From contig CAZKEM010000094.1 in NCBI GenBank assembly GCA_964551835.1, positions 12,868-76,867 of the forward strand: a stretch of 64,000 nt of DNA. The letters run 5' to 3'. Each line of letters opens with the position of its first letter. The first letter of the stretch is position 1. The notes below the pieces were generated by a model, which was not told where the DNA came from, searched no databases, and saw nothing but the letters and a program-made list of their open reading frames with translations. This DNA is from an uncultured Acidimicrobiaceae bacterium (GTDB lineage: Bacteria; Actinomycetota; Acidimicrobiia; Acidimicrobiales; SZUA-35). The position numbers and the translations under genes are program-made. Shown piece by piece: positions 10,206 through 19,360 of this stretch.

Positions 10206-11620
10206 TCCATCAGGTCAGGTGGCGTTTTTATAGCGAGGGTTCGTAGGACCCGGTGAAGTTCTTCTTGATTTGTGACGCTCTTTTGGGAATACAACAGCTT
10301 CAAAAGCTGGACATTGGTCGGCTTCGATGTTAAAAATTCAGGCATTTTTAGCTGATACTGAAACATCATCATATAAAAATACTTGAGAGCTAGATCTGTA
10401 TTGACGACCGGGCGATCAATAGAAAGTGCCTCGTCCAGCTGAGAAAAGAAGAGATCCTTCGATATTGGGTCGATTGTGAACCCTTTTCCTCTGTAGTGGG
10501 TTTCGCCGACAACCAACGTGGGTCGTCCCAGAAGTGCCATTTCGAGCCCGACAGTTGAGGTGTTGACGATAGCTATGTCGGTTAGGTCGATAACCGTGAA
10601 AGAGTTCACCTCGGCCGAATGGTCGAGGACAGTCACATTATCTGGTAGTGAACCACCGAACTTTGAGATCAGCAGGTCTGCGTAGCGTTCGTCCGTACCT
10701 AGAATTTCTTCGGCTGGGTGTGTTCTGAGAAGAACGTGCACATCCTGCCGGGCGGCGAAGTGCTGCATTGTCTCATACACACAGTCGAGCATCGAGTCGA
10801 AAATGAGGTCTCGACTTGCATTCGCAGCATCCCAGATAAGGTTAGTGCAGATCGTTAGCAACTTTGCTTCAGACGGTATGCCCAATCGATCCCGGACGTT
10901 ATCGAGGTTGTTTTCTCGGCCAGTGGAGTTGTAAGAGTAATAGTCGCCCTTCTGGGTCTCTCGGTCCTTTAGGTAGTCGAGCGCTCTCTTTTGTTCGGCT
11001 GTGGTGAGTTCTCGTTCGTGATATCGTTCCCATGCGGCATCAAAACTCCAGTCTGGAGTGGGTTGGTTTGTATTGAACGTAAAGTGTCCCGCCGTCTTGG
11101 CACGCCCGTAGCAGGCAAAGTCGATTTCTTCTCTTCGGCAAAATTCCGCGACCGGTTCCCATGTCATGTAGATCCCATGCGAAAACATGACGAGGTCGTA
11201 GTCCTCTTTTGCGCATAGCCTCTGAATCTTTAGATAGTTGGTTAACGCTGTGGTTAGTACTCTTCGAGCAACATCAGTAACATTGGCATCATCCCGTTGC
11301 GTCGATTTGTAGTAGCGACAGAGAGCACCGAAAACTATAGATCCAAAGTCAACGTCGTCGAACTTGTAGTCGAGTAGTTGTTCGAGATCTCCGGCGCTGT
11401 TTGCCAATTTCTCAGCGTCTGGATCGCACGAAATGGTTTGGAAAGGAACTCTAGCGGCCTTGAGCATTTGGTTTTGGTTCTGCACGCTCCGTTGCCAGAA
11501 TTTGGGACCTTCAGCTAACTCGCGAGCTTGTGTGGTGGTTTCCGTAATCGGAATGCTTGAGTCGTATACGAGGTAGTCAACGCTGCAGCCCTCCCTGCGA
11601 AGTAGGTGGTACATCGTCAT
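10154..11620 (-). CDS. capsule polysaccharide biosynthesis family protein (KpsS/KpsC/LpsZ-like), candidate CMP-sugar transferase
   Basis: 488-aa ORF. 'VHVLLRTHPAEE' and 'IVNTSTVGLEMALLGRPTLVVGETHYRGKGFT' resemble conserved motifs of the Capsule_synth family. The call is from memory and has not been searched. Confidence 0.55.
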   Translation of the reverse strand: MTMYHLLRREGCSVDYLVYDSSIPITETTTQARELAEGPKFWQRSVQNQNQMLKAARVPFQTISCDPDAEKLANSAGDLEQLLDYKFDDVDFGSIVFGALCRYYKSTQRDDANVTDVARRVLTTALTNYLKIQRLCAKEDYDLVMFSHGIYMTWEPVAEFCRREEIDFACYGRAKTAGHFTFNTNQPTPDWSFDAAWERYHERELTTAEQKRALDYLKDRETQKGDYYSYNSTGRENNLDNVRDRLGIPSEAKLLTICTNLIWDAANASRDLIFDSMLDCVYETMQHFAARQDVHVLLRTHPAEEILGTDERYADLLISKFGGSLPDNVTVLDHSAEVNSFTVIDLTDIAIVNTSTVGLEMALLGRPTLVVGETHYRGKGFTIDPISKDLFFSQLDEALSIDRPVVNTDLALKYFYMMMFQYQLKMPEFLTSKPTNVQLLKLLYSQKSVTNQEELHRVLRTLAIKTPPDLMDWKPDHISNQQWTGATP

Positions 11621-11790
11621 CTCGAGCGGAGCGAGAGAAAGAGATCCTATTCCAACATATTGGAGTACCTTACGCCCAGAAATGTCCTTGGCGTCGCCCG
11701 AGAACTGTGAACGTACTAGTTTGCCAAGCAGTCGATTGTTGATAGCTCGACGAGCCTGAGATTGTTGGTTGCGGACTGTCTGTAAGAGGT

Positions 11791-12585
11791 TCAGGGTTGG
11801 GGCTCCAAACCTGCGACGCTTCGATGGCTACGTTGAACCACAGAACCATTGATCTGAGCGACTTCTGGATGTTCGTCCAGAAAGTCCAGAACCGGCGTCA
11901 TCTTTAGCTCATTTGACGAGGGGAACTCCTCATAGACCCTCGAGATAACTTCGTAGTCTTCAGCCGAGTCCAAGGTAAGCCGGTAGTGAGATCCGCGTAA
12001 AGCCGCTCCCAGCATCGGAACCCTCTCGATGTGGAACTGCTCCGGGTTGTCGTAAAGATAAGGCAACGCGTGCTCACGTTGGAACGGCTCTGTTGCCTGT
12101 TCCGAAGCTATAGCCAGAGCCGAAAATTTTGCTATCTCAACCTCGAAACCGAGAGGGCACATCCGGTCGCTTGGGTGGTTAGCCGAGATGTTCGCTGTGT
12201 AGTCCGCCGAGGTTCTAAGATGATGGGCCAATACTAGATCGACGGTTTCGGGGTCAACGACTGGCTTGTCTCCGGGAATGCGTATCACATGGTCGGCTTC
12301 TTTATATTTGGCAGCACCGACGTGCCTGTCTAACACGTCGTCCAGGGAACCTCGAAACAAGTCGATGTCAACCGATTGACAGTAGATCTCTATCGGGTCA
12401 TCAGAAGCAGCCGTTGATGTGGCGACGACGATGTCGTCAAGCCTCGGAGCCATTTGGAGTCTCGAAACGATTTGGCTCAGAACCGGCTTTCCTCCGAGGG
12501 GGAATAGTACTTTCCCTGGAAGTCGTGATGAACCCATTCGGGCCTGAACGACAGCTACGCAACGTTGGCCTACCACGCTGTCCAA
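11791..12585 (-). CDS. cytidylyltransferase, SpsF/NeuA-like (candidate CMP-nonulosonate synthetase)
   Basis: 264-aa ORF with the N-terminal nucleotidyltransferase motif 'VAVVQARMGSSRLPGKVL'. Confidence 0.7.
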   Translation of the reverse strand: MDSVVGQRCVAVVQARMGSSRLPGKVLFPLGGKPVLSQIVSRLQMAPRLDDIVVATSTAASDDPIEIYCQSVDIDLFRGSLDDVLDRHVGAAKYKEADHVIRIPGDKPVVDPETVDLVLAHHLRTSADYTANISANHPSDRMCPLGFEVEIAKFSALAIASEQATEPFQREHALPYLYDNPEQFHIERVPMLGAALRGSHYRLTLDSAEDYEVISRVYEEFPSSNELKMTPVLDFLDEHPEVAQINGSVVQRSHRSVAGLEPQP

Positions 12586-13355
12586 CCCCCGTCGACCACA
12601 AGGTTCGCACCGGTCATATATGCTGATGCTTCGGATGCAAGAAAGACCATCGCTCCCTGGTAGTCGTCCGGTTCAGCCATTCGGGCGAGGGGAGTTCGGC
12701 TCTCATACTCTTGGCGAAACTCGGGGCTTTGCCCCTCGTTCTTTACTCCGCCAGGCGAAAGTGTGTTGACACGCACACCCTTCGTCGCCCAATATGTAGC
12801 GAGGTACCGTGAGAAGTTTAGAACTGCTGCTTTGGTAGTTGCGTACCCGATTGGGCTATTGATGCCGGAGTCTCCGTAGATTTGGTGTTGAGCGCTGACC
12901 ATTCCGTACGTCGACGATGTATTGATGATCGAGCCGCTTCCTCGTTCGGCCAGCACTGTCCCGAAGACCTGACAGGAAAGGAAAAGGCCTGTGAGATTGA
13001 CATCGATAGTCGACTGCCAAATTTCGAGGGGATATTTTTCGAATGGAGCGAAAAAGTCGTGTCCGGGACGAAGATGGCGTGGGTCGCCTTTGTAATGTGC
13101 GTGGTTTGCCAGCACGTCGACTTGGCCATAAGTGTCAAGGACCTTGGCTAACGCATCGCTGACGCTCTCTGGGTTGAGAATGTCGGTAGGAACCGTAAGG
13201 AAGCGTTCGTCCACTCCATCTGTGACAAGGTCGACGACGGCCACTCGTGCACCCGCTTCGTCGTAGGCTTGAGCGGTTTGACGGCCTATCTGCCCTGCGC
13301 CGCCTACGACCACCGCGATTTTGCCTTCGAGCGAAAACCTGTCCATGATAGTCAT
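12570..13355 (-). CDS. short-chain dehydrogenase/reductase (classical SDR)
   Basis: 261-aa ORF with the glycine motif 'VVVGGAGQIGRQTA' and catalytic 'YATTKAA' (YxxxK). Confidence 0.8.
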   Translation of the reverse strand: MTIMDRFSLEGKIAVVVGGAGQIGRQTAQAYDEAGARVAVVDLVTDGVDERFLTVPTDILNPESVSDALAKVLDTYGQVDVLANHAHYKGDPRHLRPGHDFFAPFEKYPLEIWQSTIDVNLTGLFLSCQVFGTVLAERGSGSIINTSSTYGMVSAQHQIYGDSGINSPIGYATTKAAVLNFSRYLATYWATKGVRVNTLSPGGVKNEGQSPEFRQEYESRTPLARMAEPDDYQGAMVFLASEASAYMTGANLVVDGGWTAW

Positions 13356-14368
13356 CAGATGCTCCTGGGAAGTTTGATCATCGAATTAGTTTCGGCCGAC
13401 TCCAGAAGGGCTAGCGCTACGCGGGTCGTGCGTTCGCCTTCGGTAAGTGTTACGAGCGGGTCTTTTCTGTCTCTAACGGCGTCAGAGAAATCAGCCAACA
13501 TGCCGATGTAGTCATCTTCGAATGGATATGGCGAAGGGAAATCGCCATCCTCGGTGACGGCGCAATCGGCTGTGATCTCTAGGTTCGGTTCCTCGAAGTC
13601 CCATACGACACTTCCAAGTTCGCCGATGGCTCGTATTCGTCGTCGGTTCGGTTTCTGAAAAAAGTCGAGGTGGAGGAGTGTGGTGCATCCGCCTTCGTGG
13701 CTTAGAAGGCCGTCCATACATCCTTCGGCATCTAGTTGCAGGCTTTCTAACTTGCGTCGCTGGCCGAGCACTTCTTCGATTTTTCCGAACAGAAATTCTG
13801 CGGTGTTCAGCTCATGTGAACAAGTCAGGGTGACCCCTCCGCCCATATCTCGCCGCGCGGCGTATCCTGTGCGATAGTCTTCCCACGGATGCCAATCGGG
13901 TAAGTGTGTGCCCCATTCGACGTGGGCTGTTGTGACCTGGCCAATGGCACCGCTGTCTAACACTTCCTTCATTCGTAGAAGTCGTTTGTCGAAACGCATT
14001 TGGTGGGCCACCCCGACGATGGCGTTTTGTTCCCTGGCCAAAGAGTGCAGTTTTGATAGTCCAGCGACACTGTGGGAGAGAGGCTTCTCGATGAGAACAT
14101 CGAAACCCTGTTCCAGTGCCCAACGTGTTGTTTCGAGATGTAAGAACGTTGGATTCGCAACGATTACGGCATCTGGATTCAATGCGGCAACGTCAGCCCG
14201 GTCGAAAACGACCGGTATCTGCTTCTCCAGGCGGGGTCGGCCCTCAACAGCTTCTCCTGAGCGTAGAAAAAAGGCGTCAGAACCAAGGGACAATGCGTTG
14301 GCGGCGTGTCGCCGGCCAATAGATCCGTAGCCAACAACACAGAACCGCAAAGGTTCGGCTGAGGTCAT
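13355..14368 (-). CDS. Gfo/Idh/MocA family oxidoreductase
   Basis: 337-aa ORF with the Rossmann motif 'FCVVGYGSIGRRHA' and 'LIEKPL'. It shares a 1-nt TGATG overlap with the downstream SDR. Confidence 0.8.
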   Translation of the reverse strand: MTSAEPLRFCVVGYGSIGRRHAANALSLGSDAFFLRSGEAVEGRPRLEKQIPVVFDRADVAALNPDAVIVANPTFLHLETTRWALEQGFDVLIEKPLSHSVAGLSKLHSLAREQNAIVGVAHQMRFDKRLLRMKEVLDSGAIGQVTTAHVEWGTHLPDWHPWEDYRTGYAARRDMGGGVTLTCSHELNTAEFLFGKIEEVLGQRRKLESLQLDAEGCMDGLLSHEGGCTTLLHLDFFQKPNRRRIRAIGELGSVVWDFEEPNLEITADCAVTEDGDFPSPYPFEDDYIGMLADFSDAVRDRKDPLVTLTEGERTTRVALALLESAETNSMIKLPRSI

Positions 14369-15423
14369 TCTGTGAAGTCGTCCAAGGTTAAGAGCGTGTC
14401 AGCCTGGACAGAACGGACCGTGGTCTTACCTAGGAGGTCGTAGTACATGGCTGGAGGTAGGCCGGTGCCCGGTCGCTTGAGTGTAAGATGCTGCTCGGAG
14501 AGTATGGTTCCAGGTTCAATGTCTATCGCCGACACGACGCTCCGACGAGCGTTAGACCGCGTCAGCTGTTCACAATCGAGCGTCTTCTTAACGCCGTCAC
14601 CGAGAGATTTCTCAAGTGTCCTAACGTCTTCGACCATGGATTGGAGCTCTTCTTCGTTGAGGGATAGCCAATGGTCTGCACTGTCTGGGAGGGTCTTGTC
14701 GAATGTGTAGTGCTTCTCGATTACTCTTACTCCATATAGAACTGATGCTGCTGGAACGATTGTCCCAAGGGTGTGGTCGCTCAAGCCCAAGAGTTCGTTG
14801 GGGAATTCCTTGGCTATGTGATGAAGGGCCGTAAGGTTGGCATCGGCAGGATCGGTTGGGTAACAGAGTGTGCAGTGCATGATGCAGATGTCGTCGGTCC
14901 CTGCAGCGGTGATTTCGTCCACGGCTGTTCGGATCTCATCGATGGTCGCTGCTCCGGTAGATAGCAGCATTGGGAGGCCCTTGCTCGCCACGTGGCGAAG
15001 AAAGGGAATATTTGTGATGTCGCACGATGCCATCTTGAAGCCTTTCGCTCCGACGCTGACCAGCATGTCGGCTGCGTCGTTATCGAACGGAGTCGATAGG
15101 AACTCGACCTCGTATTTCTCACATAGAGAATAGAGGTCTCGATACTGGTCTTCTTCGAACGAGTCGAGGAGCGAGTAGGAGTCGAATTGGGAGCCTTCTG
15201 AATCGTGTTCGCCATCCCAGTCCCAGAAACGTGGGGCTGATTTAGTAGTGAGATTCTCCGCCTTGTAGGTCTGAAACTTGACTATGTCTGCACCAGCTCG
15301 GGCGGCTGTCTTTATTAGTTCTTCAGCGTAGTCCATTCGCCCGAGATGGTTAACGCCAGCTTCGGCGATAACCACCGTCTTATCGCTGGTGAAATTTACG
15401 TTACCTATCGTGAAGTGATACAT
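14365..15423 (-). CDS. NeuB/LegI/PseI-family nonulosonic acid (sialic-acid-like) synthase
   Basis: 352-aa ORF with 'VIAEAGVNHLG' and 'IVKFQTYK'. The C-terminal SAF-type domain contains 'IEPGTILSEQHLTLKRPGTGLPP'. Confidence 0.85.
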   Translation of the reverse strand: MYHFTIGNVNFTSDKTVVIAEAGVNHLGRMDYAEELIKTAARAGADIVKFQTYKAENLTTKSAPRFWDWDGEHDSEGSQFDSYSLLDSFEEDQYRDLYSLCEKYEVEFLSTPFDNDAADMLVSVGAKGFKMASCDITNIPFLRHVASKGLPMLLSTGAATIDEIRTAVDEITAAGTDDICIMHCTLCYPTDPADANLTALHHIAKEFPNELLGLSDHTLGTIVPAASVLYGVRVIEKHYTFDKTLPDSADHWLSLNEEELQSMVEDVRTLEKSLGDGVKKTLDCEQLTRSNARRSVVSAIDIEPGTILSEQHLTLKRPGTGLPPAMYYDLLGKTTVRSVQADTLLTLDDFTE

Positions 15424-16108
15424 ACTTCTTCTCCATTTCTATGATGGCGTCATTTCGGTCGTCCTGAAGTGTCAGGTTTAGGCCGTGTATGTGATACCTA
15501 TATAGAGCAATTGGAAGGTGGAAACCCCTACACCCATTCTGGATAAGCCGGCCAATTAAGTCGTAATCCTCGCACGTCCGGAGTGTCTCGTCGTAACCTC
15601 CAACCTCTTTCAGCGCAGAGGTTCGGAAGAGAACGCCGGCTCCATGTTCGAACAGTTTCTGTTGAGTTGAGAGAGGGACGCGGGACTGTTTGAAACCTAC
15701 TTCGTCGACCCGGTAGTGGTCACAGTACACGAAGTCGATGGCAGGGTTCTCGTCGAGAATTTGTGATGTATAGGTGATGGCAAGTTTGTTCAAGAAGTCG
15801 TCGGCGTCGACCCGCATAATGTACTTGCCTTTGGAAGCATTTATCCCGGCGTTGGATGCACCTCCAACGCCCCGGTTGGTCTCGAGTAGCACTGAAACTA
15901 CGTCTTGTTCATAGGTTTTGATGATCTGCGTCGAATTGTCGGTCGAAGCGTCATCGACGATTATCACCTCAAAGCTCCGCCTAAACACGATTTGATCCAG
16001 GCATGATCGAACCGCCCGGTCAAGAAATTTGCCGCGGTTGAAGTTGGTGATGATCATTGAAACATCAAGGGTTGTCACGAGATGAAATCTCCGAGATTCG
16101 GGTAACAC
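15401..16108 (-). CDS. glycosyltransferase family 2
   Basis: 235-aa ORF with 'VSMIITNFNRGKFLDRAVRSCLDQ', 'IIVDDASTDNS' and the DxD motif 'RVDADDF'. The true start may lie about 15 codons further in. Confidence 0.8.
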   Translation of the reverse strand: MLPESRRFHLVTTLDVSMIITNFNRGKFLDRAVRSCLDQIVFRRSFEVIIVDDASTDNSTQIIKTYEQDVVSVLLETNRGVGGASNAGINASKGKYIMRVDADDFLNKLAITYTSQILDENPAIDFVYCDHYRVDEVGFKQSRVPLSTQQKLFEHGAGVLFRTSALKEVGGYDETLRTCEDYDLIGRLIQNGCRGFHLPIALYRYHIHGLNLTLQDDRNDAIIEMEKKYVSLHDR

Positions 16109-16425
16109 TTCATAGTTAAAACACTGGGTCCATTAGCTCTTGTCGGGCGACCTTTGGAGCAGGAGTTCTTCCACTACTAGTACCTCTTGATACGCGAGGC
16201 CTTTGCTACGAGACCGCACCTTAGCACAGCGTAAAAACAAAAGTGGGTGAAGCCGCGACATTATTTAGGTCGACCATTATTGATACGAATAGCTTGTCTA
16301 ACAATCGACAATTAAGTTGATGTATGGACAGCTAGGGTAGGTTTGATTCGGTCTAATGAAGTTCTTTCGGTAGCCCAAATATGTTGAAGTGTCCGTCCAG
16401 TGGGTTGTTGGCGAAAGTTCGGTTT

Positions 16426-18279
16426 CTATCCTTGTCCGGTGATCGTCCATCGTCGCGCGTTTGCCGTGAAGTGGGTGACCTGGTCAACCTTGGGAGAAGG
16501 GTGCGGCGAGATCGTTTCAGACCGGTAGGAACAAGTACTCAACGTGTCACCAGCTTCGGTTTGTGAAGATGTTGCCCACTCCCAGAATGCAACATTTTTA
16601 GACAGGTCCTCAATCTCCCACCCGTTAGCGCTTGGAGTTACGGATCGTTCGAACTCCAACTCCTTGCCGTGGGCAGATACAGAGAAGTGATCGACTGTCG
16701 AAATAGATACCTTTGGCCAGTCTCCCCAGAGAAATCGGCCTAGTCGGGTCATTTGTTGTTCGCCGGGGATGTGGGGCATGTTGTGATGCTGGGTCTCTGA
16801 CAAATCAGGCTCGCCAGGTTTTGGCTTGTAGCTCCACGTACCTGGGTCGAACACGACCTGCTCGCCGTCGACCCACAGCTCGACATGGCCAAAATCGCAT
16901 TGAGGCGGACGAAACAGTTGATGCTCACCACCACGAATTAGCGCCCGATGTTTGCCATTCACAATGACCGAAAGTCCGGCATCGGGAAACACCTTCGTCT
17001 GCACCCCTTCCGGCTCAGGTTCGTTCGGGAGATACCGCTGAGGCCGACCCCAAAACCAGCAGACGGCTTCGATCGCCGGTCCGCCCCAATCGTAGGTCGA
17101 CCCCTCAATCAACTGAGCGGCCATCAGTAATGTCGGACGGACATCCAAATGGCGGGTCGACGTCAACGGCAAAATATGTGCCCCGTCGTTGTTGCCCCAA
17201 TTACCTGCCGCTCCGTCGCTCTTCTGCGTAATAGCTAAAAGGAACCGGTATGTGCGATCAAGCGCCGACTCCAACTCGTCCGGGACGGCTTTGCCGACGG
17301 ACCGAAACAGCCACATCGCCCAAATGAAGTTCTCCATAAACACTCGGTGGTAGTTCAACGAGTACTGCGATGTGCCGCCATCAGCAAACACGAGCTTCTC
17401 ACACGCCTGAACCAGTAACCGTTCACCCAACCTGCGGTATCGGGCGGCCCGCGCCAAGTCGGGGAACAGGAGCCCGACCGTTATCAGCCCAACGGCTTCG
17501 GAAACGATGTGGTTGTTGTCTTGGCTGCGGGCGTACCGCCAATGCGCCGAGATACGTTGCGCCGTCACGTCGGCAAACTTTGCCAACAGCGTCCTACGTC
17601 CGGGTGTCAGGTAGTCGGGGCCAAACGCTTGGACGGCGAACACGGCAGCCATGAGTCGCAGCGCCGACTCTTGGCCACATGTCCAGTTCACACCATCGTT
17701 CGGCTGATTAGCGTCGCACCAGTCTTCGAACAGCTGCCAGAACACGTCGGGAGCTGCCGTTTCGGGGTCGAAAGCGTGCAGTCTCGCCAGCTTGAATGCC
17801 CATCCAAAGCGAGACGGCTCCCAAATAAGTTTGAGATCGGCTTCGGGTAACTCCCGTACCTCCGACCAATGCTGCCCAATAGGGTACGAGGCCGGGGTGA
17901 TGGGCTCATGATGCCAAGAATCGATATCGCACATCGTTCCGAACACATCGAATTGGCGGTTCTTCAACTGATCAAGTGTGCGGCGAAGATCAGCCTCTGC
18001 CTCTGGCACTTCGTCTCGGAGAAACTGCCCTGCGTCGCTGTTATATAAGGTCAACCACCGAAACGCCTGTGACGGTCCGACATCGAGGTTTTGCCAAGTG
18101 CTCATGGGGGAACGGCGTTTATAGACACCCAACTTGTGTTCGGTCGTCAAAAACAGTCGAGTCGCAACCCAACGCCAACCAAGGGTTTCCAAAACCTTGA
18201 AGCCAAGGCGGACCTTGCCTAAACGCCCTCTGAACTGCGGCGCTAGAACAGAAGGTTCTTCGTTTGGTGCTGATGACAT
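16426..18279 (-). CDS. heparinase II/III-like (alginate-lyase-fold) protein
   Basis: The ORF runs 16426..18330; I moved the start to ATG 18279 ('MSSAPNEEP'). C-terminal 'CDFGHVELWVDGEQVVFDPGTWSY' fits the Hepar_II_III C-domain pattern. Confidence 0.65.
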   Translation of the reverse strand: MSSAPNEEPSVLAPQFRGRLGKVRLGFKVLETLGWRWVATRLFLTTEHKLGVYKRRSPMSTWQNLDVGPSQAFRWLTLYNSDAGQFLRDEVPEAEADLRRTLDQLKNRQFDVFGTMCDIDSWHHEPITPASYPIGQHWSEVRELPEADLKLIWEPSRFGWAFKLARLHAFDPETAAPDVFWQLFEDWCDANQPNDGVNWTCGQESALRLMAAVFAVQAFGPDYLTPGRRTLLAKFADVTAQRISAHWRYARSQDNNHIVSEAVGLITVGLLFPDLARAARYRRLGERLLVQACEKLVFADGGTSQYSLNYHRVFMENFIWAMWLFRSVGKAVPDELESALDRTYRFLLAITQKSDGAAGNWGNNDGAHILPLTSTRHLDVRPTLLMAAQLIEGSTYDWGGPAIEAVCWFWGRPQRYLPNEPEPEGVQTKVFPDAGLSVIVNGKHRALIRGGEHQLFRPPQCDFGHVELWVDGEQVVFDPGTWSYKPKPGEPDLSETQHHNMPHIPGEQQMTRLGRFLWGDWPKVSISTVDHFSVSAHGKELEFERSVTPSANGWEIEDLSKNVAFWEWATSSQTEAGDTLSTCSYRSETISPHPSPKVDQVTHFTANARRWTITGQG

Positions 18280-18310
18280 GTCGGCGCGTCTGGACAGTGC
18301 GGCGGGTGTG
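18168..18310. repeat. left copy of an imperfect ~143-bp direct repeat (5' end plus upstream leader of the heparinase-like gene)
   Basis: The core 18168..18219 matches 19199..19250 at 47 of 52 positions. The motif 'gcggcgggtgt' recurs at the same offset (18299 vs 19329). Confidence 0.8.
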
Positions 18311-18426
18311 TCCGCTTCGCACGTTAGCACAACCGATTTAGCGGTTCAGTTGAATTCCAACAAACTTCGACCTCACCACAGCTGTCGCGGCTGCGGCCTA
18401 ACGTTGAGCTGCAACTCCAAAGTATG

Positions 18427-18804
18427 CTAAACGGTCTGAAGTTGAAAGCCGTCGTACTCCGAAAACGCTCGATCTCTTGAGAACAGGGTAAGTTTGTGAT
18501 TCTGCGCCTGGGCGATGAGCATTCGGTCAAAAGGGTCTCGGTGACGGTTTGGCAACGTACCCGCCGTCCATGAGTCTTCCCAAGAAATTGGTAACTGTTC
18601 GAAACTGTCTTCGCTCAACAGGTCGAACATCTCAGTAGGGAAGCTGAGCTTGCCGATGCGTTCTTTGATCCGCATCTCCCAAGTTGAGACAGCACTTACT
18701 AAAACCAGGTTCTCGGGGTCGGCTATTTGAGCGATAGTTGTGTCGTCGAGTTCGATGCCCGCATACCACCAAATGAGGGCATGGGTGTCAAGAAGGATGC
18801 GCAT
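18427..18804 (-). CDS. vapC: type II toxin, PIN-domain ribonuclease VapC
   Basis: 'MRILLDTHALIWW', 'VSAVSTWEMRIK' and 'HRDPFDRMLIAQA' are the typical PIN acidic motif positions. The gene overlaps the upstream antitoxin gene. Confidence 0.85.
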   Translation of the reverse strand: MRILLDTHALIWWYAGIELDDTTIAQIADPENLVLVSAVSTWEMRIKERIGKLSFPTEMFDLLSEDSFEQLPISWEDSWTAGTLPNRHRDPFDRMLIAQAQNHKLTLFSRDRAFSEYDGFQLQTV

Positions 18805-19051
18805 CGTCACCGGTGGTCTCGGCTAGCCCTTCGAATGAACCCGCAACCCAGTCGGGGGTTTGATCGAAATCGTCAGCCATCGTGATAAGCCCGGCAAGGC
18901 GTCCAGGTTCACGAGGTTTTTGTTCTTCAAGATATGGCACGAGGCGCGCTAGAGGTTTGCCCGACTTTCCCAAAATGATGTTCTCACCGTTCGCGGCCCG
19001 GTCGATCAGTTTAGAAAGGTGTGTCTTAGCTTCGTAGACGTTGATAACCAT
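18788..19051 (-). CDS. type II antitoxin, Phd/YefM family
   Basis: 'MVINVYEAKTHLSKLIDRAANGENIILGKSGKPLARLVP' is a typical Phd/YefM N-terminus. The start is placed at ATG 19051; the ORF extends to 19072. Confidence 0.8.
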   Translation of the reverse strand: MVINVYEAKTHLSKLIDRAANGENIILGKSGKPLARLVPYLEEQKPREPGRLAGLITMADDFDQTPDWVAGSFEGLAETTGDDAHPS

Positions 19052-19198
19052 ATACTGACTGTACTTGGTCAAGTCTAGTCAAGTCAAACCTGCAAGATCT
19101 GGTTGCGAGTTGAGCTACAGCTCGTCGAGAAGGGTTTCCAGTTCGTCGACCAACGCCAGGCGCGACCGGTTTCGCGCATCCACCGTTTACCTGACTCG

Positions 19199-19340
19199 CC
19201 CAACGCCAACCAAGAGTCTCCACAACGTTGAAGCTAAGGCGGACCTTGCCGAGTCGACCTGGAATCGCGTCGGCCTTCGCGACTGTTTTTTTGTCTGTCT
19301 CGGTGGGCATGTACGTGCGGTGAATCGGGCGGCGGGTGTA
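19199..19340. repeat. right copy of the imperfect direct repeat flanking the toxin-antitoxin pair
   Basis: See the left copy (18168..18310). The two copies lie 1031 bp apart with the TA genes between them. Confidence 0.8.
19200..19310 (-). pseudogene. orphan 5' stub (ATG plus 37 codons) homologous to the start of the heparinase II/III-like gene
   Basis: '..GRLGKVRLSFNVVETLGWRW' aligns with 'GRLGKVRLGFKVLETLGWRW' of the intact gene. The motif starts at codon 18 in both copies. After codon 37 the frame runs into the antitoxin region. Confidence 0.6.
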
Positions 19341-19360
19341 TCTAGAACGCTAGCTACTTA

